Shown here in pieces: positions 26,409 to 38,950 of a DNA stretch of 64,000 nt. The notes under the pieces are model-generated. The model had not been told where the DNA came from. It searched no databases and worked only from the letters and a program-made list of their open reading frames with translations. Source of the DNA: Octopus vulgaris (taxonomy: Eukaryota); assembly GCA_951406725.2 (NCBI GenBank), contig OX597822.1, positions 16,678,001 through 16,742,000 of the forward strand, written 5' to 3'. The stretch's first letter is position 1. Each line of letters starts with the position of its first letter. A program made the position numbers and the translations under genes.

Positions 26409-26506
<98 letters not shown>

Positions 26507-26507
<1 letters not shown>

Positions 26508-26578
26508 GGGTCACTGCCTGGAATCGAACACAGGATCTTGGAGTTAGTAGCCCGCGCTCTTACCCACTACGCCCTATG
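26507..26578 (-). promoter_or_regulatory. tRNA-derived head with Pol III A and B boxes
   Basis: catagGGCGTAGTGGgtaagagcgcgggCTACTAActccaagatcctgtGTTCGATTCCaggcagtgacccg: tRNA-like box spacing with an anticodon-type loop. Confidence 0.8.
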
Positions 26579-26600
26579 AGGATATGGCGTAGTGCCCCAA

Positions 26601-26645
26601 GACACCTGATGAAGGTTGAGGGTATATCAGCCGAAATGTTGTGTT
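26601..26645 (+). ncRNA. minimal hammerhead (copy 3, inverted)
   Basis: GACAC-CUGAUGA-a-GGUUG aggguauau CAGCC-GAAAu-GUU-GUGUU. Confidence 0.75.
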
Positions 26646-27399
26646 AACAACAAACAAGATGAGGACAAATATATGTCAAATGTAAATAACGTACATAATG
26701 TAAATAATATCCTCCCAGACATTAGAAACACGATACGGCAGAAGTGGGGGGGGGGAGGGTTGTAATCTATTGATTATTCTCTTGATAACTGGACGCGCAA
26801 GTTATTGTAAACTCAGTTTATGATGCAGGAAGAATTTCTTTTCACTTTCTCTTTGTATACACACCCTCCAACTGATATTAATAGCCAAGGAGAGCTGGTT
26901 GGGCTCCAACATTCTGACATCTTGATACAATTCACATTAACCGAGTGTCCGCTTTGGACACGATAACTAATTAAAGTTTAAGTGACATTTTCATTTACAG
27001 CAAAAATACAATTTTTCAGCGACTTTGTGTGAGTTTTTCAAAACTAAACATTATTAACCTCTGTTTTCAGAAGAGTCTTTGTTCGGATCAATATATATAT
27101 TACGTACGTATCCAACAGTAAGACACCGAATGATGATTGGAAATCAAGCCGATTAATACGTAGTACAGAGGTAAGTATTAAAACACTTTTCACCAATACA
27201 CATGAACAATAATAATCCAAAAATACATTCAATCTATGCTTTTGGGAGTGTCGCTGAATGTTGATAATAAAGGCGCAGACAATTTTGCGTGGTTCGGAAA
27301 TTTCCTTCACAAACAGGTTCAATCTCACTTATGGCCCCTTAAGCAAATGTCTCCTATTGTAGCTTGAAGTTGACCAATGCCTATAGTAGACAGGAACAC

Positions 27400-27760
27400 T
27401 GAAAGCACCTTTCCACACTTCCTTTCCGTTGCTTTCAACCTTCTATTAATCTTTCCCTACTAATTTACAAAAAACACAGTTCTCTAGCCACGTTTCATTT
27501 CCTAGTCGCTGCCCCCACCACCGCCTCCTTCCCAAAGGTTTCCACCTCCATTTCCACCCCACTCTCCACTCTGCTTCAGCCATCCTACCCATACTCCTTA
27601 CTACTTCCTACCACCTTATGCGCGCCATCATTCGTTCCAATCTCTCCAAATCACACACCATCAACCGCCTTCTCCCTTTCGCTTATTCCATCTTCTCCTC
27701 TCAGTCACCTTCCTATGCACAGCCGCCATGATTGACCGCTAGCTCCAAAAGGTTTTTTAT

Positions 27761-27793
<33 letters not shown>

Positions 27794-27991
27794 TTATCTA
27801 TCTCTATCTATCTCGCGCTCTCTCACTCTGTTCTCTATTTTTATTCTCTCTGTTTATTTCCTCGTGTTCCTTTCTGTCGAAGAGCGTAGGCTCGAAACGT
27901 AAAAGATTTTCTCATCTTCCCAAGCGTTAAACTAATACACCTGTTTGTTGTTTATACACCTGTCTTCGTCTCTGGTTTTTCTATAAATTCC

Positions 27992-27995
<4 letters not shown>
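27400..27995 (+). mobile_element. Penelope-like element 3' remnant / terminal repeat
   Basis: C-rich body, then cgccatgattgacc..hammerhead..actaatacacctgtttgttg..(TA)n; homologous to 48390-48605. Confidence 0.75.
27870..27905 (+). ncRNA. minimal hammerhead with variant core CUGUCGA
   Basis: CUUU-CUGUCGA-a-GAGC guag GCUC-GAAAC-GUA-AAAG. Confidence 0.75.
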
Positions 27996-28041
<46 letters not shown>

Positions 28042-28126
28042 TGAAATAGAAAGATGAATAATCTTGTTGCAGATTAAAAACAGATTTCTGTTCAATCTTC
28101 GTTCAACTCCATTTCTTCAATTCACT

Positions 28127-28189
<63 letters not shown>

Positions 28190-28203
28190 TGTATGTATGT
28201 ATC

Positions 28204-28281
<78 letters not shown>

Positions 28282-28724
28282 ATATATTGCATATGTACAT
28301 ATGTGCGTGTGTATGTGTGCGCGCTTCATTGTATTTGTCTTGGTTTATTAATTTCTCAATAACTTCGGCAAAAGGAATACAGTAAATATTAAAGTCAATT
28401 TGGTCGACAAAACCGTTCTAGGTGCCAACCCTGCATGACCACACCCAATGACTGAAATAACTAAACGAATACAAGAATATCAATTCGTATCAATTCATTG
28501 GTAGGAATTAACCGTTGCTATTGTTATTTTAACTGGGGGGGGGGGATTATCATTGTTGTTGTTGTTGTAGTTGCTTTGCCCCCAGGTCTCCCTTGATTAA
28601 AGGCGACTCAGCTGTCCTCATTCCGTATTTAATTTTTTTTTCATTAGGTATAGAGTTTCTAGAACAACAGTATCTGATATGTCCTGCTTTTTAGACGGTA
28701 ACATGGTGTGTGCGATAAAGACGG

Positions 28725-28920
28725 CCGGTTTAGAGCGACGCGAAAAATGCTTAGCGACAATTATTCCGAATTTATGTGTTCTGAGTTCAAGATTGACATT
28801 TCCTTTCATTCTTTCGAGGGGCTGCATAAAATAAGTAGCAGTTGAACACTGGGATCGATAGAATCGATTCACCCCACTGCTCCGTAAATGCTGACCTGCC
28901 AAAATTTGAAGCCAATATGC
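28725..28920 (+). mobile_element. SINE family A, decayed
   Basis: aaatgcttagcg..gttctgagttcaa..cctttcattctttcg..ataagta. Confidence 0.7.
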
Positions 28921-29957
28921 TCTATGCGATAAGGAAAATGAACTGCTATTTCGAGCGGGTCGGTCAGTCGACAGAAAACGTTCTCTGCTGTCGAAAGAAG
29001 GATCAAGTTTCGAATCTCGCTTGACTTAATTAACATTCCACAAATGACGCACATATAGAGTACTCCAATATGGTTACTAAAACTGCTAGAAATAGCAGTT
29101 ATCCTGTAAAACCCATCCTATCGTATTATACAAATTAATAGGAAGCCACATTGACAACATAATGTAGTTTTACATACACTTAAAACAGAGAGCATATTGT
29201 CATAGGCGGGACGCTTGGGTCCTAAGTTAACTCAATCAGACCTGAGCAGGGGCTAGAAGCTAACAGCAACTATAAGAGCCTTATACATCACCAATTTTAG
29301 AGTCTCTCATCCACTATATCTTTCTCGCTTTCGCCTTATTTATTTATCTATCTGTCTGTCTATCGGTTGCCTCTCTCTCTCTCTCTATCTATCTATCTCT
29401 CTCTCTCTCTCTCTTTCTCTCTGTATTTATCAATTATCCTCTTTGTTTCACTGTCGACTACTCCGACAGGTTACAGAGGATGTATGCATACATGGCTTCC
29501 GAAACCGCATGCACAGCCTCAGGAGAAAGAAAGAATGAAATAATATGGCCACCATAGTAATGCCAAAGCAAGAATAAAATAGTTGTTAAAGTTCAAACAC
29601 CACAAACACACGCAACCAACTCAGACACAAACACATACACACAAATTACTCACACACACACACAAACAGATAAATCAAAAACCATATACATGCACTTACA
29701 CATCCTTATGTTAATAGAAAGAAGCAAATGCAAATAAAAATATTTTTCTACTTTTGTCTTTTTCTTCTCTCTCTCTCTCTCTCTCTCTTTCTCTATCTAT
29801 CAATCTATCTATCTATATATCTATATATCTATCTCTTTATCTAAACCCCTCTCTATCCCCTTTATCTATTTCTATTTATGTATCTTATTTTTAATGCCTT
29901 GTTCTTCAGTATTTCACTCGACCATTCCAATCTTTTTATCTCTTCTTTCTTACCCTT

Positions 29958-30014
<57 letters not shown>

Positions 30015-30042
30015 TTTCCATCTCTATCACTCCATAATTTCG

Positions 30043-30939
30043 CTGTCCGTCTTTATCTCCCATCACACACAATTTCTGTTTTACTTGTCTAGCGATGTGC
30101 TTATATTTCTCTTCAATACACATAAAAATATAGTTTTGCAGATTTATATCGTCATAAAATTTAGCTTACAAGCAATTTTACAGCCTCACCTCATCCATTG
30201 TTTTGTCGTTAAAGCTCTTACTTATTACATTTGTTGAGTTGCTTTCATTTGTTTTATTTTAGGTTTGTTTCGGTTTGTTTTTATGTTGCTATTTGTTTAC
30301 TTGTTTACTTGACAGACCTTTGGCACAAAAAATTCAGTTTGAAACGTTCAAGGAGAACCCAAATGTTCAGCAAACCAAAGAATAGCAAGGTCACGTCAGA
30401 ATCAGATCTACAAACAACTTGTACCGTTGAAGGTTGTAATCTCAAAAAGTTGATATTCTTCGTTCTTTTAATTTTTAATCTTTTTATTTTTTTACTTTTT
30501 ATATTTTTTATGGGTTTTTTTTTTTTGTAAATGTGCTACCTTCCTCTTGTCCGTTCGTCCACCTGTTTTTCTATTCTACTACCGCAGCCTCTGCTCCTCG
30601 GAGCTAACAACTTCTATTCTGTCCTTCACAACTACACTCATCTCACCTCCTCTTCCTGCCATCCGCATAGTGTCCCCTCTACCCACCGCCATCAGCGCAC
30701 CAACAAGTTACTTCCCAAGTCCTTTCCACCCACGACGTCGGCTCCCAGGAATTTCTTCCTTGCTCAGGATTTTGTCTTTCTTTCTATCAACCAGGATACC
30801 ACACGCAACGGTGTCAGAGGCGTCTAAAGGCCATAAACACAGATCTTTCTTCAACTCCAAAACTGTCCGTCTTTATCTCCCATTCACACAAAATTCCTGT
30901 TTTACTTGTCTAGCGACGTGATTATTTTTCTCTTCAATA
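30043..30939 (+). mobile_element. relic bounded by ~76-bp direct repeats, with a possible PLE N-terminal coding fragment
   Basis: 30043-30118 is closely similar to 30863-30939. The internal C-rich peptide LLPKSFPPTTSAPRNFFLAQDF resembles the Neptune motif LskGl.F.Pt....f....D. Confidence 0.45.
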
Positions 30940-31049
30940 AACGAAGGAAATAAAGAACAAAACCAAAGCGGTTCAGCCGAGCTAAAAAATAAACCCATTG
31001 AACTTCACGACTTCTGGGCCACAAGTTCAAATTCTTTGTAGAGGTATGG

Positions 31050-31615
31050 CAATAGTTTTGGGTTCAATCCCACTGCGTGACACCTTGAGCAAGTGTCTTC
31101 TGCTATAGCCTCCGGCCGCCCCATCACTCGGTAGATGGAAACTTTATGGAAGCTCGTCGTATATGTGTATGCATGTATGTGTATGCATATGTGTGTGTGC
31201 ATATGTGTGCGTGTGTGAATGTGTGCGTATGCATATGTGTGTACATGTGTGTATATGCATGTGTGTGCATGTGTGTATGTGCATGTGTGTATGTGCATGT
31301 GTGTATGTGCATGTGTGTGTGTTTGCATGTGTACGAGTACATGTGTGTGCGTGTGTTTGTCTGCATGTGTGTGCATGCGTGTGTGTGCATGTGTGCCTGT
31401 GCATGTGTGTGTGTCGTAGTGTTTGTATTTGTCCCCACATAGCTTGGCAACCGGCATTGGTTTGTTTGCGACACTATGATGTAGCAGCTGGACCAAGGGA
31501 TCGATAAAATAAGTCCCAGACCTAAGTTCTGAGCTTGATTTGCATTACTCAAACCCTCCATAGCAGTGCCCCAGCAAGGCCGCGGTCCAATGACTGAATC
31601 AATTGAACGATGAGA
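31050..31615 (+). mobile_element. SINE family B with expanded internal (TG/CA) tract
   Basis: ggttcaatcccactgcgtgacaccttgagcaagtgtc ... gcagtgccccagcaaggccgcggtccaatgactgaa. Confidence 0.85.
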
Positions 31616-32082
31616 GATACTTTGTTACATTTATGTCTAACACAATTCTATGCAGTTTCAAATTGAGTCACGAGGCTATTCGCGGGGATTGTCGCTCGAC
31701 GATATAATCAAGACCAGTTACTTGACTTGTTTTTTTTTTTATTTTATCGACCCCGAAAGAATAGCAAACTAAGTTGACTCCGGTGGGATGTAGACTGAGG
31801 ACGTAAAGATCCGGAATGATTACCACCAGGTATTCTATTCAATGCTAACCATTCTGTCATTTCGCCAAACTATGGGCATATTTGGGAACCTGTATATTTC
31901 AGTGCTTATACATCATTGCACTCTGTTGCATTAAGATGTTGTGAGACCTGTGTGCTGCGATTGCTTGGTAATAAGTCTTAAAACCCCAAGAGATACCAAA
32001 CTACATGCTTTCTATGACGGTTTATGAAATCACGTGTTCTCTATTATATTGATGCTATAAGAGATATATTGCAATATTCCCG

Positions 32083-32285
32083 TTGGTGAGCTGGCAGAAT
32101 CGTATGAGGCCGAGCGAAATGCTTAGAAGAATTTCGTCTGTCTTTACATTCAAATTCCACCGAGGTCGACCCCGCATTTCATAGTTTCGGGGTCGATAAA
32201 ATAAGCACCAATTGGATACTAGGATCGTTGTAATCGACCGCTCCTTCTAAATTGCTAACCTTGTGCCAAAATGTAAAACCAATAT
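32083..32285 (+). mobile_element. SINE family A
   Basis: ggtgagctggcagaatcg..ttcaaattccaccgaggtcgac..ttcggggtcgataaaataag. Confidence 0.85.
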
Positions 32286-32524
32286 TCCACGCTACATGAG
32301 TTCTGTTAGAATTGATATTCCACGATACATGAGCCCCATTTCATTGGGTTCTGTTAGATGAGCTTTATTACAATATACGACGCCGCATTTCCCCCTTTAC
32401 AACATGCAACTCTACATGTGCACCATTAGAATATGAGCAACGGGACTTCTATTCGTAGATGCAATAAGTGAAAGTTTGTACATTTGTGTTGTATCATCGA
32501 TGCTACACTCGTCGTAGCCTGAGT

Positions 32525-32905
32525 AGGCGCAGACGTGACTGAGTCATTAGAAGCTTGCTATCACGACCACATGGTCTTGGGTTCAGTCCCGGTGCGTGGC
32601 ACCCTAACCCTATAGATTTGAGTCGACCAAAGCATTGTGAGTGGATTTGGTAGACGGAAACTAAAAGAAGTCCGTCGTGTGTGTGTGTTTGTACCCACCC
32701 ACCACTTGGCAACAGTGTTGATGTGTTTACGTTTCCGTAACCTAACGGTTCGGGAAAATAGTCTGATATATTAAGTACCATGTTCTATAAAAAGAAATGA
32801 GAGCCGGTGTCGATTCATTGGACTAGGAATCCATTCTTCAAGGCAGTGCCCCAGCATGGCCACCAGTCAAATGACTGAAACACGTGAAAATTAAAAGATA
32901 AAAGA
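32525..32905 (+). mobile_element. SINE family B
   Basis: accacatggtcttgggttcagtccc..ggatttggtagacggaaact..gcagtgccccagcatggcc. Confidence 0.85.
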
Positions 32906-33049
32906 AAATGACAATATTTGATCAAGTTCTAAACAGTTCCAACTAGTTCCAACCAGTTTTTGTACAGGCAAATAGAGTATCATAACATGGCAGCTGCTCT
33001 TAAAATTAATTTCCAAATTAAGCGGATTGGAGTCTTCACAGTTCAGTGA

Positions 33050-33590
33050 TGGTATTCATTTATTTTAACTTCGAAAGAATGAAAAGCAAACTCGAAGCCA
33101 ACTTCGGTGGGATGCGAACTCAGAACGTAAAGACACACAACTGAAAAATTTTTTGATACAATGTCAGTAAGTTCCGGAGAGTGGGCAATTCGATTACATT
33201 GATCTCAGTACTCAACTGGTACTTATTTTATCGACCCGAAAGGATGAAAGTCGACCACGGCGGAGATTGAATTCAGAACATAAAGGCAGGTAAAATGCCG
33301 CTAAGCATTGTGCTTGGCGCGGTAACGATTCGGCCAGATCGCCGCTTTTGCCTGCAAACTTTTAGTTGTGCAAGGAGGTAAGCTCGCAGAACCGTTACCG
33401 CGTCGGACAAATTGCTTAGTGATATTTCTTCCGACTTTACATTCTGAATTCAAATCCTACATAGGTCAACTTTGCCTTTCATTGTTTCGGGGTCGATAAA
33501 ATAAGTAACAGTTGAGAACTGGGGGGCCGATATAATCAAATCACCCTCTTCTCCGAAATTCCTGGCTTTGTACCAAAATTTGAAGCCAAT
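33050..33590. mobile_element. cluster of SINE family A copies (two on -, one on +)
   Basis: Minus copies at ~33050-33140 and 33165-33348; plus copy at 33378-33590. Confidence 0.8.
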
Positions 33591-34102
33591 ATTTAGCTGA
33601 ATATACCTTCAACTTGACCAAATTTTTTCTTTTGAAATACCAAATTCTCTTAGTCTACTGGTTCTGGTCAGAAAAGAAGTTCAATATTAATGCTTTACTC
33701 CAAAGATCAATAAGGTCGGAGCATCTATTTTAATAATGGATTCTTCAGATCATGAGATGGCAAACAATTGATTACTTAGCCTGATAACGGAATGATCATT
33801 TAAAGATTTTAGAGATTAGATTACTCGCTTTCATTTATGTTGCTATTGATGTTCATCTTTTTAAAAACGTTTATGCAAGTGAGATAGCGAAGCACAACAA
33901 ATTTCAGACTCTAAAGATAACCCAGTATAGGAATATTTATTCCGGCTAATGTTGTTGCTGTTGTTTAAACAGAGTTCAGCCACGAACATCACGTGCTTGT
34001 TATCATACGTAATTCCTTTAGCAGTAAATTATCCAATGAGAGGAGATTCTGTTACTTCTTTTAGCAGGTCGAGTCGCCGCATGGAGATTCCTTCGTTGTT
34101 TC

Positions 34103-34319
34103 TATTTCTTTACTACCCACAGGGGGCTAAACACAGAGGGGACAAACAAGGACAGACAAACGGATTAAGTCGATTATATCTGGTACTAAATTTATCGACC
34201 CCGAAAGGATGAAAGGCAAAGTCGACCTCGGCGGAATTTGAACTCAGAACGTAGCGACAGACGAAATACGTCTACGCATTTCGCCCGGCGTGCTAACGTT
34301 TCTGCCAGCTCGCCGCCTT
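34103..34319 (-). mobile_element. SINE family A (tRNA-derived), well-preserved copy
   Basis: Minus strand: GGCGGCGAGCTGGCAGAAACG (A box)..GAGTTCAAATTCC (B box)..GCCTTTCATCCTTTCGGGGTCGATAAA central domain; near-identical to 51539-51770. Confidence 0.9.
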
Positions 34320-34547
34320 CATTGTTTCATTTTGAAATATAGATCATGTAGCGGCGAATTATGCTACAGAAAGCATGCAACTTTTATTGTAGCAGATTAC
34401 ATGTACCGTGGCACATTGCAACGGGAACATGTAATGGCATGATATATTGTAACAATGAGCACGTGAAAAGAAGCATGTATCGCGGCATACCGTCAAAGGA
34501 AACGTAGGTTGGTATGTTAGATAAATAAGCAAATGGGACTTAGGCAT

Positions 34548-34961
34548 TACTCTCTTTTACTCTTTTACCTGTTCCAGTCATTTGACTGCGGCCATGCTGG
34601 AGCACCGCCTTTAGTCGAATCAAATTGACCCCACGACTTATTCTTTGTAAGCCTAGTACTTATGTTATCGGTCTCTTTTGCTGAACCGCTAAGTTACGGG
34701 GACCTAAACACATCAGCATCGGTTGGCAAGCGATGTTGGGGGGGACAAACACAGATACACAACATATACACACACATACATACATATATATATATCTACA
34801 TATATAGGACGGGCTTCTTTCAGTTTCCGTCTACCAAATCCACTCACAAGGCTTTGGTCGGCCCGAGGCTATAGTAGAAGACACTTGCCCAAGGTGCCAC
34901 GCAGTGGGACTGAACCCGGAAACATGTGGCTGGTAAGCAAGCCACTTACCACTCCTGCGCC
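34548..34961 (-). mobile_element. SINE family B (tRNA-derived, CORE-like; compare octopus OR SINEs), near-complete
   Basis: B box GGTTCAGTCCC, CORE-like GGCACCTTGGGCAAGTGTC, internal microsatellite and GTAAAAGA tail. The family name is from recall. Confidence 0.88.
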
Positions 34962-35233
34962 TATATTGTATATTTATTCTAGCTGAGCTAGTGTTTCGTG
35001 GAATATTGCGTGTGATATGTCATTGTATGGTTTCTGATACTGTGGTAGAGAACATGTAACGTGATATTGTAAGAGGGAACATGTGGCGTGGTGTGTTGTA
35101 AAATGTTCAGGTGATTGGGGCGTGGTAGAGTGCAAGGGGGTGCATGTGGAGTAAGGGTGGGAAAATTTGTTCGTTAGTTCTCGCAGGTTGTGAAACGGTG
35201 CAGGCTCTCTCGTTGATGAGTGCATGCTTACAT

Positions 35234-35308
<75 letters not shown>

Positions 35309-36214
35309 AAAGCATTTCTTGTCAGCTGACATCGAAATATTTGACTTATTTAACATTTGAAAATGTCACAAATTTATAAATTTGTCGTTCCGATCGCATA
35401 TTTCATGATTAAAATTAATGGATATCTCGAAAATAACTGCATATGTGATCGTGTGTGTGCGTGCATGAGTGAGTGTGTGCGTGCACATGTGTGTTTGTTT
35501 GTGTGTGTGAGTGTGTTTGGGATTCTTTTCGTTACGGTTGTGCATATGTATGTGTGTACATGTTCGTGCGTAGGTATACACCCTTATGTTTGTATATGCT
35601 CTTATGCACACATGCGTATGCACTGACATGTGTACATTTGTGTGTGTGAGTACCCGTGTGTGTGTGTGTATGCGTGCGTGCATGTGTGTGAGAGGATAGA
35701 TGAAGAGATAAGGGATGTAGATTCAGAATTAATTTTGAAACAAACCAACTAAATTCGTACTTCGAACTCCCAATTTCCAACCAACCGTAACGATTCACCT
35801 CATTTACGCCGCCAAGCCATCGGCCTCAATCATTCAATAAGCAGACTCCATAACAAATAAATAGTGACCCATCTTTATCCGATGAGATTAGTAGCAGCTC
35901 TTCCCCAGAAATAATAACGCCGGAAGTGGTGGTAGATGGCTAGTAGTAAGGTTGGCAACTATGGTGGTGAAGATAACAGCCTACATTGGTATTAGTGGCA
36001 GAGGAGGCAGATGTCGTGGAAGCAGCGGCAAACTGATTGCCGATACGAAGGGCCGATACGAAGGGGATTAGTGCCGTTGCTGCCATCACTAACTTCGCCG
36101 CTACCATGTTTCATATTATATGTATGTGATATAAGTCGGGTACAAAATTGGATTATAACCTTTTGATATATTTGTAGAATACTATGGCTGCAAAACGAAA
36201 TATAGTAATTAATA

Positions 36215-36735
36215 CCGTAAATCCTCGAGTATAGTCCGCCCTTGGGTATAATATGCAGGGGATTTTTAGGGGGCTGTACCTCTGAAAAAGCTAAACCTTG
36301 TATATAATACGCACCCCTTCTCTAACTTGAGTCGTGCGTAATTAAGCCAGCAGCACCTAGTCGAACAAACACTTCCGCGCATGCGTAATACAATAAAGGT
36401 GATGTTTTTAACTGTTATATGGAAATGTAAATATGTTTGCAAATTGTTTTTGTTACATGTTATTCTGTGTTCTGAATACTTTTATTTTAATAAATGTTGC
36501 TTATTGCAAGTTATGGATGATTCTCTTATGACTTCATTGCTTTCAGGCTTATTTTAAGGTATTTTCGCGCCCGACATCACAAAATGCGTCTGAATAAATA
36601 TTGCCGGACAGCAAATAGAGACTTGGACATTGCTTAGAAAATATTTTTCATTTTTAACCTCGTATGTCGTACGCACTAGGGATTTTGACCGTTAAATTTT
36701 GGGGGAAAATGCGGCTTATACTCGAGGGTTTACGG
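36215..36735. mobile_element. MITE of the Tc1/mariner-pogo (Tc2-like) type, 521 bp, TA target-site duplication
   Basis: TA|CCGTAAATCCTCGAGTATA ... TATACTCGAGGGTTTACGG|TA, with internal reiterations of a GTATAATACGCA-like motif and no ORF. Confidence 0.88.
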
Positions 36736-37244
36736 TATGTGCATATTGGTTAGCAGCAACGTGTTTAATATGTAAAACTAGTCTATCCAGTAGTGTTACA
36801 CCACTAAATTTGTGGTTATTTAAGCAATGCGTCGATTGATGCAGTGCTGAAGAAGGAGTTGACAGCGACAATTAAGGTATCAATTTTATTACTATAGAGT
36901 CTCTGACTCGATTTTTATTATTGTTTATTAAAGTTCCTAATTTCAATATTTGACCATTTTAAAATGCTGTCTATACACATAGATTTGTGTTTCTGTACGA
37001 GCAACTCAGTTACGAATATCAACTTTCCCGCCTACATACATTAGTAATACAGGGTAGATATTATTATAATAGATTTGAACTTCATTACAACACTTTCCGC
37101 TTATAATGTAACAAAGACAAGGAAGCAGAGTGGATCCGTTAAGATGGCTTTTTGTTGATCTTTCCATCCACAGCATAACATTTTTGTCTAATAGTTTTTA
37201 GATGTAATATGTTTTGGTCCCCAATCTTCCAGGTATTGCTTAAA

Positions 37245-37495
37245 GGCGTTGGCATGGCTAAGAAGCTAGCTTTGCAACTGCATGGTCACGGGTTCAGTCC
37301 CACTGAGCAGCACGTTGGGTAAGTGTTCTGACCTGGGTTGACTAATGCCTTGTAAAATAATTTGGTAGACGAAAATTTCATGGAAACACAGAGACAGACA
37401 GACAGACAAACAGTCAGACAGTCAGACAGATAAATAGATAGATAAGATAGACAGACAGATTGATTGACTGATTGATTGATTGATTTATTGATTGG

Positions 37496-37540
<45 letters not shown>

Positions 37541-37770
37541 AGACAAATATTATTTGATAACAAGTTTGAATGTATGTTTGTGATTTCGCGTTTATGTTTA
37601 ATCCCACTGCCGTTTGACAACCGATGCTTGTGTCTTGACGCCCCAGTAACTTAGCGGTTCGCTATAAGTAACTGATAGAATAAGTGCCACACTTAAAACT
37701 AAGTATTGCGATCGATTTGTTTGACGTGGTGCCCCAGTATGGCCGCAGACCAATAGCTGAAACAAATAGA
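37245..37770 (+). mobile_element. SINE family B with internal (GACA)/(GATT)n
   Basis: gggttcagtcccactg..tttggtagacgaaa..gtaacttagcggttcg..gtgccccagtatggccgcag. Confidence 0.8.
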
Positions 37771-38272
37771 TGGTAAGATGTTTTCATTTCACATGTGTAT
37801 ATGGTTACGTACATTCACCCATACATACATACATACATGCACACTTTCATACATACATCCAATGATCGAGGTGTAGGAAGAAGGCGAGCTTCAAGATGCA
37901 AAAGTGTCGTAAGTCCAAAATGCTGCTTTTTCAGAAAATAAAAAAATGGTTTCACCATTCCATTTCTTTTTACATTAGCAACAGTTTCAGCTTAACAATA
38001 ATACTTAGTTGGGTGCATAAAATCAGAACTCCATGCATGTATGATATTTTCAGTCAGAAATACTTTTGCAAAACTTTCGTATGTGGGACTTTTGAAAAAT
38101 GTTAAACCATTGTACCACACTTTGACAATTTCCATATCTTGTCATCTGATGCAGCTGGAAATACTATAGTTTGACCAAAAGAACCGGCTATTAAAAGCAA
38201 AATTAAATATTGAAAAAAAAACCGAATTTGGTCAAATTTGGACATACGACAGTTTAACATAATAGCAACGAA

Positions 38273-38323
<51 letters not shown>

Positions 38324-38891
38324 TCTATATATATACATATACACATATATAAATAAATATATATATATATACATATATACATACATGCATGCACACACAC
38401 ACATACATACATACATACATACATACATACATACATACATACATACATACATACATACATGCATACATGCATACATACATAAGTTCACAATAGGTCCACC
38501 AAATTCGGATGTCCCTTTCTCCCAGGTTGCGTATGTGTACATAATATTAGAAAATATTTATATACAAACGCAGATTGCTATTGTTGAATGCATTTTAATT
38601 ATTGAGAAACCCCACTACAATCCACCCCTATATATATATATAGGTGAGTAGAAAAACGAAAGAAAGAGGCACTAGACACGCTTAGTTGGAGTTACATATA
38701 TTATTAAAACATTTTGATTCGGTCGTATGAAAATGTTTTAAATAATATATGTATATATGTAGACTCGCATGTCTTTGGAAACTATGCAGAAGCCTTTCAT
38801 ATGTGTATGAGCGTGTGTAAATGCATGTGTGTATCGTGTGTGTGGGGGTGCGCGTATGTTTGTGTGTGCATGCGTGTGTGTGTGAGTGTGT

Positions 38892-38950
<59 letters not shown>

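Larger units (their letters stand above)
23401..26710 (-). mobile_element. composite non-autonomous element (tRNA-like head, (TAA)n, hammerhead body x2) plus an inverted deleted copy; interrupted by a Dong LINE
   Basis: Body copies 23401-~23590 and ~23647-23830 are near-identical direct repeats. Minus-strand head at 26507-26578 has an A box (GGCGTAGTGG) and a B box (GTTCGATTCC). A plus-strand copy at 26581-26710 joins the head start directly to the hammerhead. Confidence 0.85.

Noticed and set aside
26507-26578. Functional tRNA gene
   Set aside because: Acceptor stem does not pair and there is no T-run terminator; it is the head of a repeat.
24005-26647. Plus-strand ORFs over the Dong element, and minus-strand ORFs over the PLE
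   Set aside because: Antisense shadows of the RT reading frames.
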